DNA of 64,000 nt, taken from assembly GCA_016839705.1 (NCBI GenBank), contig JAEOTR010000016.1, forward strand, positions 1 through 64,000, in the 5' to 3' direction. Positions 51,347 to 59,703 of this stretch are shown here, one piece after another; the stretch's first letter is position 1; every line of letters begins with the position of its first letter. This DNA is from Promethearchaeota archaeon. GTDB taxonomy: Archaea > Asgardarchaeota > Lokiarchaeia > Sigyniarchaeales > SOKP01. The notes under the pieces are model-generated. The model was given only the letters and a program-made list of their open reading frames with translations, was not told where the DNA came from and made no database searches. The position numbers and the translations under genes were made by a program.

Positions 51347-51688
51347 ATGAGTTTTGAAGATGAGTTTGATGAGGATTTAGGTGGGGAGAGACCTGTAAAT
51401 TCTAAGACCCCTTCATCTAAAACCCCTTCAGCAGGAAGAAAATTGACATTGTATTTTATGTCAACCATAGGCCCTGGCGAGAAGAAAGAAAAATTAACAG
51501 TGAATGACGGAAATTGCGTTGAGGATATAAAGCAGACATTAGGAAATTTATATGGACTTGATCCTAATGATTTTCATTTATCTTCTGGCGGAGTTACGAT
51601 GGATGAAAATAGCTCATTAAAGGATTACCATGTGAGCGATGGAGACGACATTCTTATGATTCCCGCGAGCACTGCCGGGAAAGCTTAA
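51347..51688 (+). CDS. Ubiquitin-like modifier precursor ending ...IPASTAG-KA
   Basis: beta-grasp VEDIKQ...FHLSSGGVTMDENSSLKDYHVSDGDDILMIP; directly upstream of E1; ATG at 51347 preferred by comparison with the paralogue. Confidence 0.88.
   Translation: MSFEDEFDEDLGGERPVNSKTPSSKTPSAGRKLTLYFMSTIGPGEKKEKLTVNDGNCVEDIKQTLGNLYGLDPNDFHLSSGGVTMDENSSLKDYHVSDGDDILMIPASTAGKA
51401..51430 (+). repeat. 15-bp tandem repeat encoding SKTPS-SKTPS
   Basis: TCTAAGACCCCTTCA / TCTAAAACCCCTTCA. Confidence 0.85.
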
Positions 51689-51714
51689 ATATTTTTCTTA
51701 ATATATTATAATAT

Positions 51715-51749
51715 AAGGGCGTTAAGCCCTTCAACTTTTTTTATTTTTT
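51715..51749 (+). terminator. Hairpin plus T-tract between Ubl and E1
   Basis: AAGGGC-GTTAA-GCCCTT followed by CAACTTTTTTTATTTTTT. Confidence 0.55.
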
Positions 51750-51761
51750 AAATAAATAATA

Positions 51762-52997
51762 ATGGTAATACTTATGGATAAGAATTCAGAATTTTTCGGA
51801 AAAGAGTTATCAGTGGAAGAGAGAAGTTTGTATGACCGTCAATTTCGTCTCGAGGGATGGTCTCAGAAATTGGTAAAAAATTCGAGGATATTAATTGCAG
51901 GCGTCGGTGGTTTAGGGTGTGAAATTGCTAAAAATCTATCGATGCTTGGTATCGGTCACTTAGATCTCGTTGATTTGGATATTATTGAACATTCTAATTT
52001 AAACCGTCAAATTCTTTTTGCGGGGGCAAAGATCGGAGAACCTAAAGCGGTTGTTGCAGCAAGAAAACTTAAGGACATTAATCCTAATATAGCAGTTAAA
52101 GGTTATCACACCTCTTTAGAGCGATTAAATCCCGCAATCTATCAAGCCGCTGATGTAATAATTGGAGGTCTTGATTCGATGAATACCCGTCTAAACTTGA
52201 ATGCTCAATGTATTAGGTTTAAAATCCCTCTTGTCGATGGAGGTGTATCTGGATATCACGGTCATGTATACACAATCTTTCCTTATCAAAATGCCTGTTA
52301 TGAGTGCAATCCCTTACCCGTCGTAGAGGGTGATGACATGGCGGCTTGTACAGTAGTAGGAATTCCTCGAAAAAGAATCCATTGTGTCTTTAAAGGAGAC
52401 ATGGCATTTAAAGAAAAACTTGATAGAGGTCCCAATCCTAAAAATGTAAATGATATCAAATTCATTCAAAAGGTTGCAAATGAATTAGTAAATAAACATA
52501 ATTTCTTACCTGAATATACGGTAGATGATATTGTAAGAATAATTGATAGACATGATCCGGGAATAATTACGATTAATGCGGTTATTTCCGCCTTACAATC
52601 CCATGAAGCCGTGAAAATTCTCCATTGGAAAAAGGGTCATAAAGGGCTTGGAGAACCAATTCAAAATTATGTGGTCTATAATGGAATAACTATGAAATTT
52701 TATCATATTGAAAAAAAAAGAAATCCAGAATGTTCTCAGTGTGGAAAGCACGTTAGAAGAGTATCAATAAAATTGAACCCTCATTCACCATGCGAGAACA
52801 TAATCAAAATATTAACTAAAAATGGGTTTAAACCTGATCCAGATTCAGAACCAATTCTTACTTTACAAGATTTTAATGATATTAAGATGGTTGATTTAGA
52901 ACAGAATCCAATTGAAAATGGTTTAAGAAATTATGAATTTATAACCGCAGCAGGCTTCAAAGATGGGGAAATTTTTGTAACCTTAAAATTGAAATAA
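51762..52997 (+). CDS. Ubiquitin-like activating enzyme E1 (UBA2/UBA3-like)
   Basis: YDRQ, GVGGLGCE, DLDIIEHSNLNRQ, CYEC and CSQC zinc pairs, catalytic-Cys segment CTVVGIPRKRIHC. Confidence 0.93.
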   Translation: MVILMDKNSEFFGKELSVEERSLYDRQFRLEGWSQKLVKNSRILIAGVGGLGCEIAKNLSMLGIGHLDLVDLDIIEHSNLNRQILFAGAKIGEPKAVVAARKLKDINPNIAVKGYHTSLERLNPAIYQAADVIIGGLDSMNTRLNLNAQCIRFKIPLVDGGVSGYHGHVYTIFPYQNACYECNPLPVVEGDDMAACTVVGIPRKRIHCVFKGDMAFKEKLDRGPNPKNVNDIKFIQKVANELVNKHNFLPEYTVDDIVRIIDRHDPGIITINAVISALQSHEAVKILHWKKGHKGLGEPIQNYVVYNGITMKFYHIEKKRNPECSQCGKHVRRVSIKLNPHSPCENIIKILTKNGFKPDPDSEPILTLQDFNDIKMVDLEQNPIENGLRNYEFITAAGFKDGEIFVTLKLK

Positions 52998-53078
52998 TAA
53001 TTTAACCAAAAAAACCAAATAATTAAAAAAAATAGAGAATAAAAATTATAAATAAAAATAATAAAAAGGTTTGATAAG

Positions 53079-53606
53079 ATGAGTATAAGAAGTAGTCGTA
53101 TTTCCCAAGATTTTGCAGGATTAAAAAAACTGTTAAAGACGGGTACTATAATTCAATTAAAACCATTTAATCCTAAAAAGAAGAGTATAGATCATTTAGC
53201 TATAACTATTAAAGGGCCAAAAGGCACTGTATATGCGGGAGGTGTGTTTAAATTAGAAATGAAATTCCCTTCCCAGTATCCTAGCCAACCCCCTTTCGTT
53301 AGAATGCATACTCCAATTTGGCATCCAAATTTTTGGCCAAAACCGACTGAATATAAGGGACAAAGAAATATATGTCTAGCTTTGGTAGATCCCTCTTTGG
53401 CGGGTAAAAAGGGTGGATGGAGTCCATCAAAAACAGCAGTGACAATTGTTCAAGCAATAATTGCAATGCTAAACACCCGTGGTAAATTTGTTAACCCAAC
53501 TGATGTTTTTAATAAAAAGGCAGCAATTGAAATGATGAAAAATCCTAAATTTTTCGAGAAAAAGGTTAAAAACTTAGTTAAAAAATATGCAAATACGAAA
53601 TGGTGA
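53079..53606 (+). CDS. Ubiquitin-conjugating enzyme E2
   Basis: GPKGTVYAGGVF, FPSQYPSQPP, HPN, active-site ICL, WSP. Confidence 0.95.
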   Translation: MSIRSSRISQDFAGLKKLLKTGTIIQLKPFNPKKKSIDHLAITIKGPKGTVYAGGVFKLEMKFPSQYPSQPPFVRMHTPIWHPNFWPKPTEYKGQRNICLALVDPSLAGKKGGWSPSKTAVTIVQAIIAMLNTRGKFVNPTDVFNKKAAIEMMKNPKFFEKKVKNLVKKYANTKW

Positions 53607-54442
53607 TTTCGCTAATGGAAGAAAAAGAATCAGCTAACAGTTCAATTAAAGACGTAATAAAGCAGAAAATAAAAGAAAAAATAAAAAAGGAATTATTAGA
53701 TGAAATACGTGAAGAGCTTCAATTAGAAGAAGAAGAATTAACTGAAGAAATTATTTCAATGCTTACACAAAGAGTTTCTAACGGTCTAAATATAAAACAT
53801 TCGAAGGCGCCCATCGTTAATATTTTAGAAAAAAAAGTCATAGAACCTCAATTAGAGCAAGAAGCCCAAAAGGAAACCTACATTACAATAAAGGCAACTC
53901 TTAAAATAGCAAGTCACGCTATAAAATATGCTAATCCTAATATACCTAAATCAAACTGGATTGAAGTTATAGGTATTCTCGCTGGAAAAATAGATAAAAA
54001 GACTGGTTTACTAATAATTGAAGATGCATATCCTGTTGGACATGGCAATGCAATCCATGCAAAAATGGATGATAAGAGAAATCGTAGAACGGGTTTTATA
54101 AAAGCTTTTGAAATAATCAAGAAAAATAAATTAGATATTTGTGGGTGGTATCATTCTCATCCTTGCTATGGATGTTTTATGTCACCCGAAGATTTTGATA
54201 CTCAAGCGAGATATCAGAAATTATGGGATAAAGCCGTTGCACTTGTTATCGATCCGTGCCTTATTGATGGAACTTCAACAGGTTTTGAGATTTATCAGGC
54301 AGATTTGAAATCAAAAACTTTCTATCCTCTATTATATGGAATTAAAGGATCGTTAGATATCCGTATGCTACCCGACATTTTAGAATTTATGAATCCAATT
54401 ATTCAAGGGAAAGCGGCTTATTTAGAATATGATAAAGATTAA
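53600..54442 (+). CDS. JAMM/MPN+ isopeptidase (Rpn11/CSN5-like)
   Basis: EVIG, GWYHSHPCYGCFMSPEDFDTQ, ALVIDP. Confidence 0.93.
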   Translation: MVISLMEEKESANSSIKDVIKQKIKEKIKKELLDEIREELQLEEEELTEEIISMLTQRVSNGLNIKHSKAPIVNILEKKVIEPQLEQEAQKETYITIKATLKIASHAIKYANPNIPKSNWIEVIGILAGKIDKKTGLLIIEDAYPVGHGNAIHAKMDDKRNRRTGFIKAFEIIKKNKLDICGWYHSHPCYGCFMSPEDFDTQARYQKLWDKAVALVIDPCLIDGTSTGFEIYQADLKSKTFYPLLYGIKGSLDIRMLPDILEFMNPIIQGKAAYLEYDKD

Positions 54443-54471
54443 ATTATATTATTGATGGTGGTTATTAAACC

Positions 54472-55677
54472 GTGGCTAAAACTAAGGTAATAATTTTACT
54501 GCTGATTGCATTTGCAATTATCGGCATAATACACGGTGCCATTCTAAATTCAGTTAATGTATTTGTAAGTTGGTTTTTAATAGGGATATGGTTAGTATTT
54601 ACATTTAAAGTTATAAAGAATATAAAGCAACATCGTGAATATCGTAGTCCACACAATACAGCATTTTTTACTATTGGTCCTGTTTTGATTGGAATTTTTT
54701 ATTCAATTTGGGGAAATTTTACAGGATTATTAGGAGAAAATCTCTTAATAAGCACAGATTTATATTTAAGTTGGTGGAGTATACTATTTGGGTTTCCATA
54801 TGTGTTTTATAGTTCAATCTCATTATACCGTTGTTTTAAAAAATACCGAGTAATTTATTTTGGGACAAAATCTGTAAATGCCCGTAAATTTGGCTATTTA
54901 TTAGGCATATCGGTTATATTTTTCATATCTATCTATTGGATTAGTTTCTATTCATTGATCGATTTTTATGAATCTCTTATAATACCACTTCATTTTTTAC
55001 TAGATCTTAATCTTCTAATACTGCTTGTGAGCACTATTCTAATAATAATTATTGCAGGATTATTTGGGTCACAGACTCAATTACCCCAATTAACAAGAGA
55101 TTATATAGCACAGCGTAGGAATAGATTAAACCAACTAACATCACCTAGAAGAAATAGTACACCTAATAGATATAGGGAAAGTGTTCGCAATACCACAAGG
55201 TCAAATCCAACACCTTCAGCTAGCACGGTAACCCGTACATCAAGATCAGTGAACCATTCATCCCGATCTACACCAACCGCACGAAGACGTTCTACAACTA
55301 CAAGAACTAAAACAAGTTCTCGAACTGTGAGTAGAGGGCCAACAGGGACACAGGTAAGAAAGAAACAGAGTACTAAAAAAATAACTAACTTTAATATATA
55401 TAAACCTAAAGCCGCGCGTTTATCATCTGAGGACTTTAAGTGTATTTTTTGCTTTAAATTACCAAAAATTCCTGAGGATAACGGTAGAGGTATAATTTTA
55501 TGTCCAAATTGTAGATACCCTGCTCATGCAGATGAATTTAAGGATTGGTTACAAAGTTCCAACCTCTGTTCTCGATGCAGTGCTCCTATTCCTACAACCT
55601 ATAAGAGAAATCCAAGAATAATACCGATTAAAACTTATTTAGTAATTGTAAAACATTTTATTGGCAATAAGAGATAA
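54472..55677 (+). CDS. Multi-pass membrane protein with C-terminal RING-like domain (putative E3 ligase)
   Basis: About 6 TM, R/S/T-rich linker, CIFC-x16-CPNC-x4-H-x2-E-x3-W-x6-CSRC. Confidence 0.8.
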   Translation: MAKTKVIILLLIAFAIIGIIHGAILNSVNVFVSWFLIGIWLVFTFKVIKNIKQHREYRSPHNTAFFTIGPVLIGIFYSIWGNFTGLLGENLLISTDLYLSWWSILFGFPYVFYSSISLYRCFKKYRVIYFGTKSVNARKFGYLLGISVIFFISIYWISFYSLIDFYESLIIPLHFLLDLNLLILLVSTILIIIIAGLFGSQTQLPQLTRDYIAQRRNRLNQLTSPRRNSTPNRYRESVRNTTRSNPTPSASTVTRTSRSVNHSSRSTPTARRRSTTTRTKTSSRTVSRGPTGTQVRKKQSTKKITNFNIYKPKAARLSSEDFKCIFCFKLPKIPEDNGRGIILCPNCRYPAHADEFKDWLQSSNLCSRCSAPIPTTYKRNPRIIPIKTYLVIVKHFIGNKR

Positions 55678-55700
55678 ATTGGTAATAAATATTTAAGAAT

Positions 55701-56645
55701 CTAATTTCCTGATTTTACCTTTTTTTTTAGTTCCCCTATTGTTGTTTTTAACTCAGCATACACATTATGAGGATGGATAGATTCAAAACTTTCAATTTTA
55801 AATTCTATTTTAAAATCCTCTTCTAGATTTGGGAACTCTCTTAAAATAAAATTTTTTGCCATTTCTCTAATGACATCCTCTGAAAACAAAGGTTTTAAAT
55901 GAGCGCTTCTTACTAGTTCGGCTTCTTCAGGGCGTTTCAGCACAGATTGTATTTTGCCGCTCATAGATTCTTCTATTACATCAATGATGTCTAAAACGTC
56001 AATTTTTTGGCCTGTCAAATCCTTTATCTGAACAATAATCGTACCATTTGACCTTTGATTATGTGAAGAGAAGGGAAAGATATTGATGAGTTTTTTAAGA
56101 TCTTCCTCAGAAACATGTATATCTTTTCTGGTTTTGACAACTTCGGTTGCATATTCTTGAGACATTTCTTTTGCGCAAGGACACACTGTCATTCCTACAG
56201 CAGTTGCCCCAATATAATAAGTGTATTCAATTTCTCCAGATGATTTTCTTTTAGCTTTAACAAAAGATAATATATCATATGATTTTTGGATATTTCTAGT
56301 ATTATTTTCCCGAACTTGAACTATAATCTTTCCTTCTAATTTAACTTCCGCTTTGGAAGTATAAGGGTGTCTTTCTAACAACTTTTTAATGATTCTATCG
56401 CCTACTAATTCTATTGTCGGGGTTGGCTTGTATATTACCTCATTTATGACTTCTTCAATAGTTTCGGAAGTCCGCGACATGTGAATACCTCGTTGCTGGG
56501 CAGGAAGAGCAATTAATGCGGAGATTTTTGGGTAAAACGAGTATTTTTTATTCTCTTGTACTATTTCTACTTTTTTCTCTAGCTCAACTATTCCAACCTT
56601 GTCAATAGCGATGTCTATTGCTGACCCAGAATCTTGTAAGTCCAT
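55701..56645 (-). CDS. mptA: GTP cyclohydrolase MptA/FolE2 family
   Basis: RGIHMSR, TVCPCA, HNQR, FSED, ESIHPHN. Confidence 0.92.
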   Translation of the reverse strand: MDLQDSGSAIDIAIDKVGIVELEKKVEIVQENKKYSFYPKISALIALPAQQRGIHMSRTSETIEEVINEVIYKPTPTIELVGDRIIKKLLERHPYTSKAEVKLEGKIIVQVRENNTRNIQKSYDILSFVKAKRKSSGEIEYTYYIGATAVGMTVCPCAKEMSQEYATEVVKTRKDIHVSEEDLKKLINIFPFSSHNQRSNGTIIVQIKDLTGQKIDVLDIIDVIEESMSGKIQSVLKRPEEAELVRSAHLKPLFSEDVIREMAKNFILREFPNLEEDFKIEFKIESFESIHPHNVYAELKTTIGELKKKVKSGN

Positions 56646-56764
56646 TTTGAATTTAGGAATTTTGTATCACCAGTAACAAAAAATATTTTATTTAGTTCTA
56701 ATCTTAAAAAAGATTAGATATAATATAAAATAATTTCAAAAAAATTGAATATCTTAAGAATTCG

Positions 56765-57934
56765 ATGCCATTAAAAAGCATTTTTAGCGAGTATGCATTA
56801 ATTGGAGAGGATTTAGAACTTAAACAAGATGTTTCAATAGAAATTGATGAAAATGGAATCATTTCAAAAATAACGTATACAAATCCAGAGGATTCCTTAA
56901 TAAGTTTTGAAAGAAATCATTGCTATTTACTAATACCGGGTTTTATTAATTCTCATACTCATATTGGAGATAATTTTGCGAAAGAACTAGGTTTTAATAA
57001 AGAATTAACGGACATAGTAGCTCCACCATTTGGTCTTAAACATAAACTACTTAGACAAACACCAAGAGATGTTATTATTAAAGGGATTAAAAATGCTGCT
57101 TCAGAAATGCTCTCTAACGGGATTACTTGCTTTATTGATTTTAGAGAAGGTGGAGTCGAAGGTGTAAATCTTATTAAAGAGGCTTTAGAAATCTCTCCAA
57201 TAAATTGTTTAATCTTTGGTAGGTTTATGGATGAAAGCGAAATAGAATTAATTTTTAATCTAGCTGATGGAGTGGGATTATCTAGTTATAAGTTCATATC
57301 TGATTCAACTAAGACCTTTGTAGAGGAATCAAAACAAAATTATAAAAAATTAATTGCTTGCCATTGTGCTGAGAAAAATCGTTTTCCTGAATTAATCAAT
57401 AGAGTACTTACTGACAATTTAGTTGATATCATCATTCATGGTACGAAATTTACTAAAGAAGATTTAGGGAGGATTCAAAGAGCGATGAAATCACTTGTTT
57501 TATGCCCCCGATGTAATGGATATTTTGGAGTAGGATTTCCTCCAATTATAGAGATACTAAAACTTGGAATTCCTATATCTTTAGGTACAGACAATTCGAT
57601 GGTAAATAGTTCAGATTTATTTGAAGAAATGCGTTATCTATATAGAATTTCTAGAATACTTGGTAATTATGATAAAACAATACAATTAACATCAAAAGAA
57701 CTCTTAAAAATGGTGACAGTGAATGCTGCAAAAAATTTTCGTTTAGGGATTGAACGTGGTTCAATTTCGGAAGGCAAATTCGCAGATTTTTTTGCAGTTG
57801 ATTTAAAAGAACCAAATTTTTATACACTCGACTTAAATGAAAGCAATGTTTTTGATGTGATTGTACAAAGAACAGGAACAGGGAATATTAAAAGAACTTA
57901 TATAAGAGGAGAAGTAGTTTTTGAAAGAAACTGA
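56765..57934 (+). CDS. Metal-dependent amidohydrolase/deaminase
   Basis: NSHTH, HCAE, LGTDN, GKFADF. Confidence 0.88.
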   Translation: MPLKSIFSEYALIGEDLELKQDVSIEIDENGIISKITYTNPEDSLISFERNHCYLLIPGFINSHTHIGDNFAKELGFNKELTDIVAPPFGLKHKLLRQTPRDVIIKGIKNAASEMLSNGITCFIDFREGGVEGVNLIKEALEISPINCLIFGRFMDESEIELIFNLADGVGLSSYKFISDSTKTFVEESKQNYKKLIACHCAEKNRFPELINRVLTDNLVDIIIHGTKFTKEDLGRIQRAMKSLVLCPRCNGYFGVGFPPIIEILKLGIPISLGTDNSMVNSSDLFEEMRYLYRISRILGNYDKTIQLTSKELLKMVTVNAAKNFRLGIERGSISEGKFADFFAVDLKEPNFYTLDLNESNVFDVIVQRTGTGNIKRTYIRGEVVFERN

Positions 57935-58592
57935 AAAACCTTATATCATCTTAAGCTGTGCAATGACTATAGATGGGAAGATTGCCTCAAAATCAGGAGA
58001 TCCGGGCATTTCGGATGATGATGACTGGAAGGAAGTTCATAAACTTCGTACGGAAGTAGATGGGATCATGGTAGGAAAGGGTACAATATTGAAAGATAAT
58101 CCCAAATTACATATTAAATATTATTATCATCAAGGATATCTAAGAATTGTTGTAGATAGTAATTTAACCATTCCAATTGATTCCAATGTCATTTCATTTC
58201 AACCAGAAACCTACCCTACTATTATTTGTACGACTGAAAATGTACCAATTAACCAAATCAAAAAATATGAAGAAAAAAATGTTAAAATCATACAAGCAGG
58301 GAAAGGCGACCGAGTAGATTTAATAAAGCTTATGCCACTTCTAAAGAAATTGGGATTAAATTCTGTACTTTTAGAAGGCGGGGGAACTTTGAATTGGAGT
58401 TTCATAGAAAAGGATTTAATTGATGAAATCCGCTTAACTATAGCACCTTGGATTATAGGTGGGAAGGATGCTACAAGTCTGGTAGATGGTATTGGTTTTA
58501 GTATAATGAGTGAAGCCCCGAAATTTGAGTTACTCGAAGAAAGATCTAGAAATAATTATGTCATTTTAAGATATAAAAGGAAAACAAAATGA
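57921..58592 (+). CDS. arfC: 2,5-diamino-6-ribosylamino-4(3H)-pyrimidinone 5'-phosphate reductase (RibD-C/Rib7)
   Basis: TIDGKIA, VHKLR, DNPKL, LEGGGTLN. Confidence 0.9.
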   Translation: MKETEKPYIILSCAMTIDGKIASKSGDPGISDDDDWKEVHKLRTEVDGIMVGKGTILKDNPKLHIKYYYHQGYLRIVVDSNLTIPIDSNVISFQPETYPTIICTTENVPINQIKKYEEKNVKIIQAGKGDRVDLIKLMPLLKKLGLNSVLLEGGGTLNWSFIEKDLIDEIRLTIAPWIIGGKDATSLVDGIGFSIMSEAPKFELLEERSRNNYVILRYKRKTK

Positions 58593-59689
58593 GTCAAGAA
58601 GAGATCGGGGATTTAAATCTCCTAACAATAGAAGAAATAAAGAGAAAAGTAAAGGAGATAAGGACTCACTTACCGAGAGATGAGCGTTTTTTCATTACCT
58701 ATTCAAAAAATTTTACCCTTTCATTATCAAATTATTGTCAGAATTTTTGCGGGTATTGTTTTTACAATCATAGAATCCCTAAGCCGAATGGACAAGAAAA
58801 TGCAATCTTACTTGAAAATGAGCAAATGCAAACTGCAATTCAAAGAGGTATTAGTCATGATTGCAAAGAAGCATTACTTATGTCTGGAGAAAGGCCTGAC
58901 AGTTTTAAAGAAGTAAAGGATGAATTAGAAAAGCGGGGTTGTAAAGATTTTATAGAATTTGTGAAGGAGATTTCTAAATATTTATTGGACTTCAAAATAT
59001 TACCCCATACAAATTTAGGTATTCTTACCTATAATGAATTAAAAATACTAAAAGGCTATAATGCTAGTATGGGGTTGATGTTAGAGAGTTCCAACCCGGA
59101 ATTATTAAAGACTGGTGGAGTCCATGAAGAATCTCCAGGAAAAATTCCAGATATACGTATAGAACACATAAATAACGCAGGAAAATTAAAGATCCCATTT
59201 ACCACTGGGCTGTTAATAGGAATAGGTGAATCTTTTGAAGATAGAATAAAGGATTTGTATTTAATTAAGAAAATTCATAAAAAATATGGTCATATTCAAG
59301 AGATTATAATTCAAAACTTTGTGGAGAAACCAGGAATTCCTTACAAACCGGGGGAAGTAATTATGATTAAAGATTTATTAAGAATCTCAGGAATTGCAAA
59401 AATAATCTTAGGTAATGAGATTGCCATCCAAGTTCCACCAAATCTGATTTCAGGTCATGAAAAGGAGTTTATTGAGATGGGTGTAAATGATTTCGGTGGG
59501 ATCTCACCCTTTACTATTGATTATATAAATCCAAGAAAACTATGGCCTCAAATTGATGAATTAAAAAAGATTTGTGAGATGCAAGGGTATCACCTCAAAG
59601 AAAGGTTGCCCATTTATGATAAATATATTCAAAGAAAAGATTTCTGCTCAGAAAATATTAAAAAAACCATTGATAATATTATTTATTAA
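58589..59689 (+). CDS. cofG: FO synthase subunit CofG
   Basis: CQNFCGYC, PHTN, SMGLMLE, PFTTGLLIGIGE, QVPPNL. Confidence 0.95.
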   Translation: MSQEEIGDLNLLTIEEIKRKVKEIRTHLPRDERFFITYSKNFTLSLSNYCQNFCGYCFYNHRIPKPNGQENAILLENEQMQTAIQRGISHDCKEALLMSGERPDSFKEVKDELEKRGCKDFIEFVKEISKYLLDFKILPHTNLGILTYNELKILKGYNASMGLMLESSNPELLKTGGVHEESPGKIPDIRIEHINNAGKLKIPFTTGLLIGIGESFEDRIKDLYLIKKIHKKYGHIQEIIIQNFVEKPGIPYKPGEVIMIKDLLRISGIAKIILGNEIAIQVPPNLISGHEKEFIEMGVNDFGGISPFTIDYINPRKLWPQIDELKKICEMQGYHLKERLPIYDKYIQRKDFCSENIKKTIDNIIY

Positions 59690-59703
59690 AACCCACCACT
59701 AAC

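Noticed and set aside
48377-52997. Reading the Ubls and E1 as a MoaD/ThiS/SAMP sulfur-carrier system
   Set aside because: The IP-x4-G spacing is shared with those carriers, but there is no GG end, the E1 has a catalytic-Cys domain, and E2, JAMM and RING genes are adjacent
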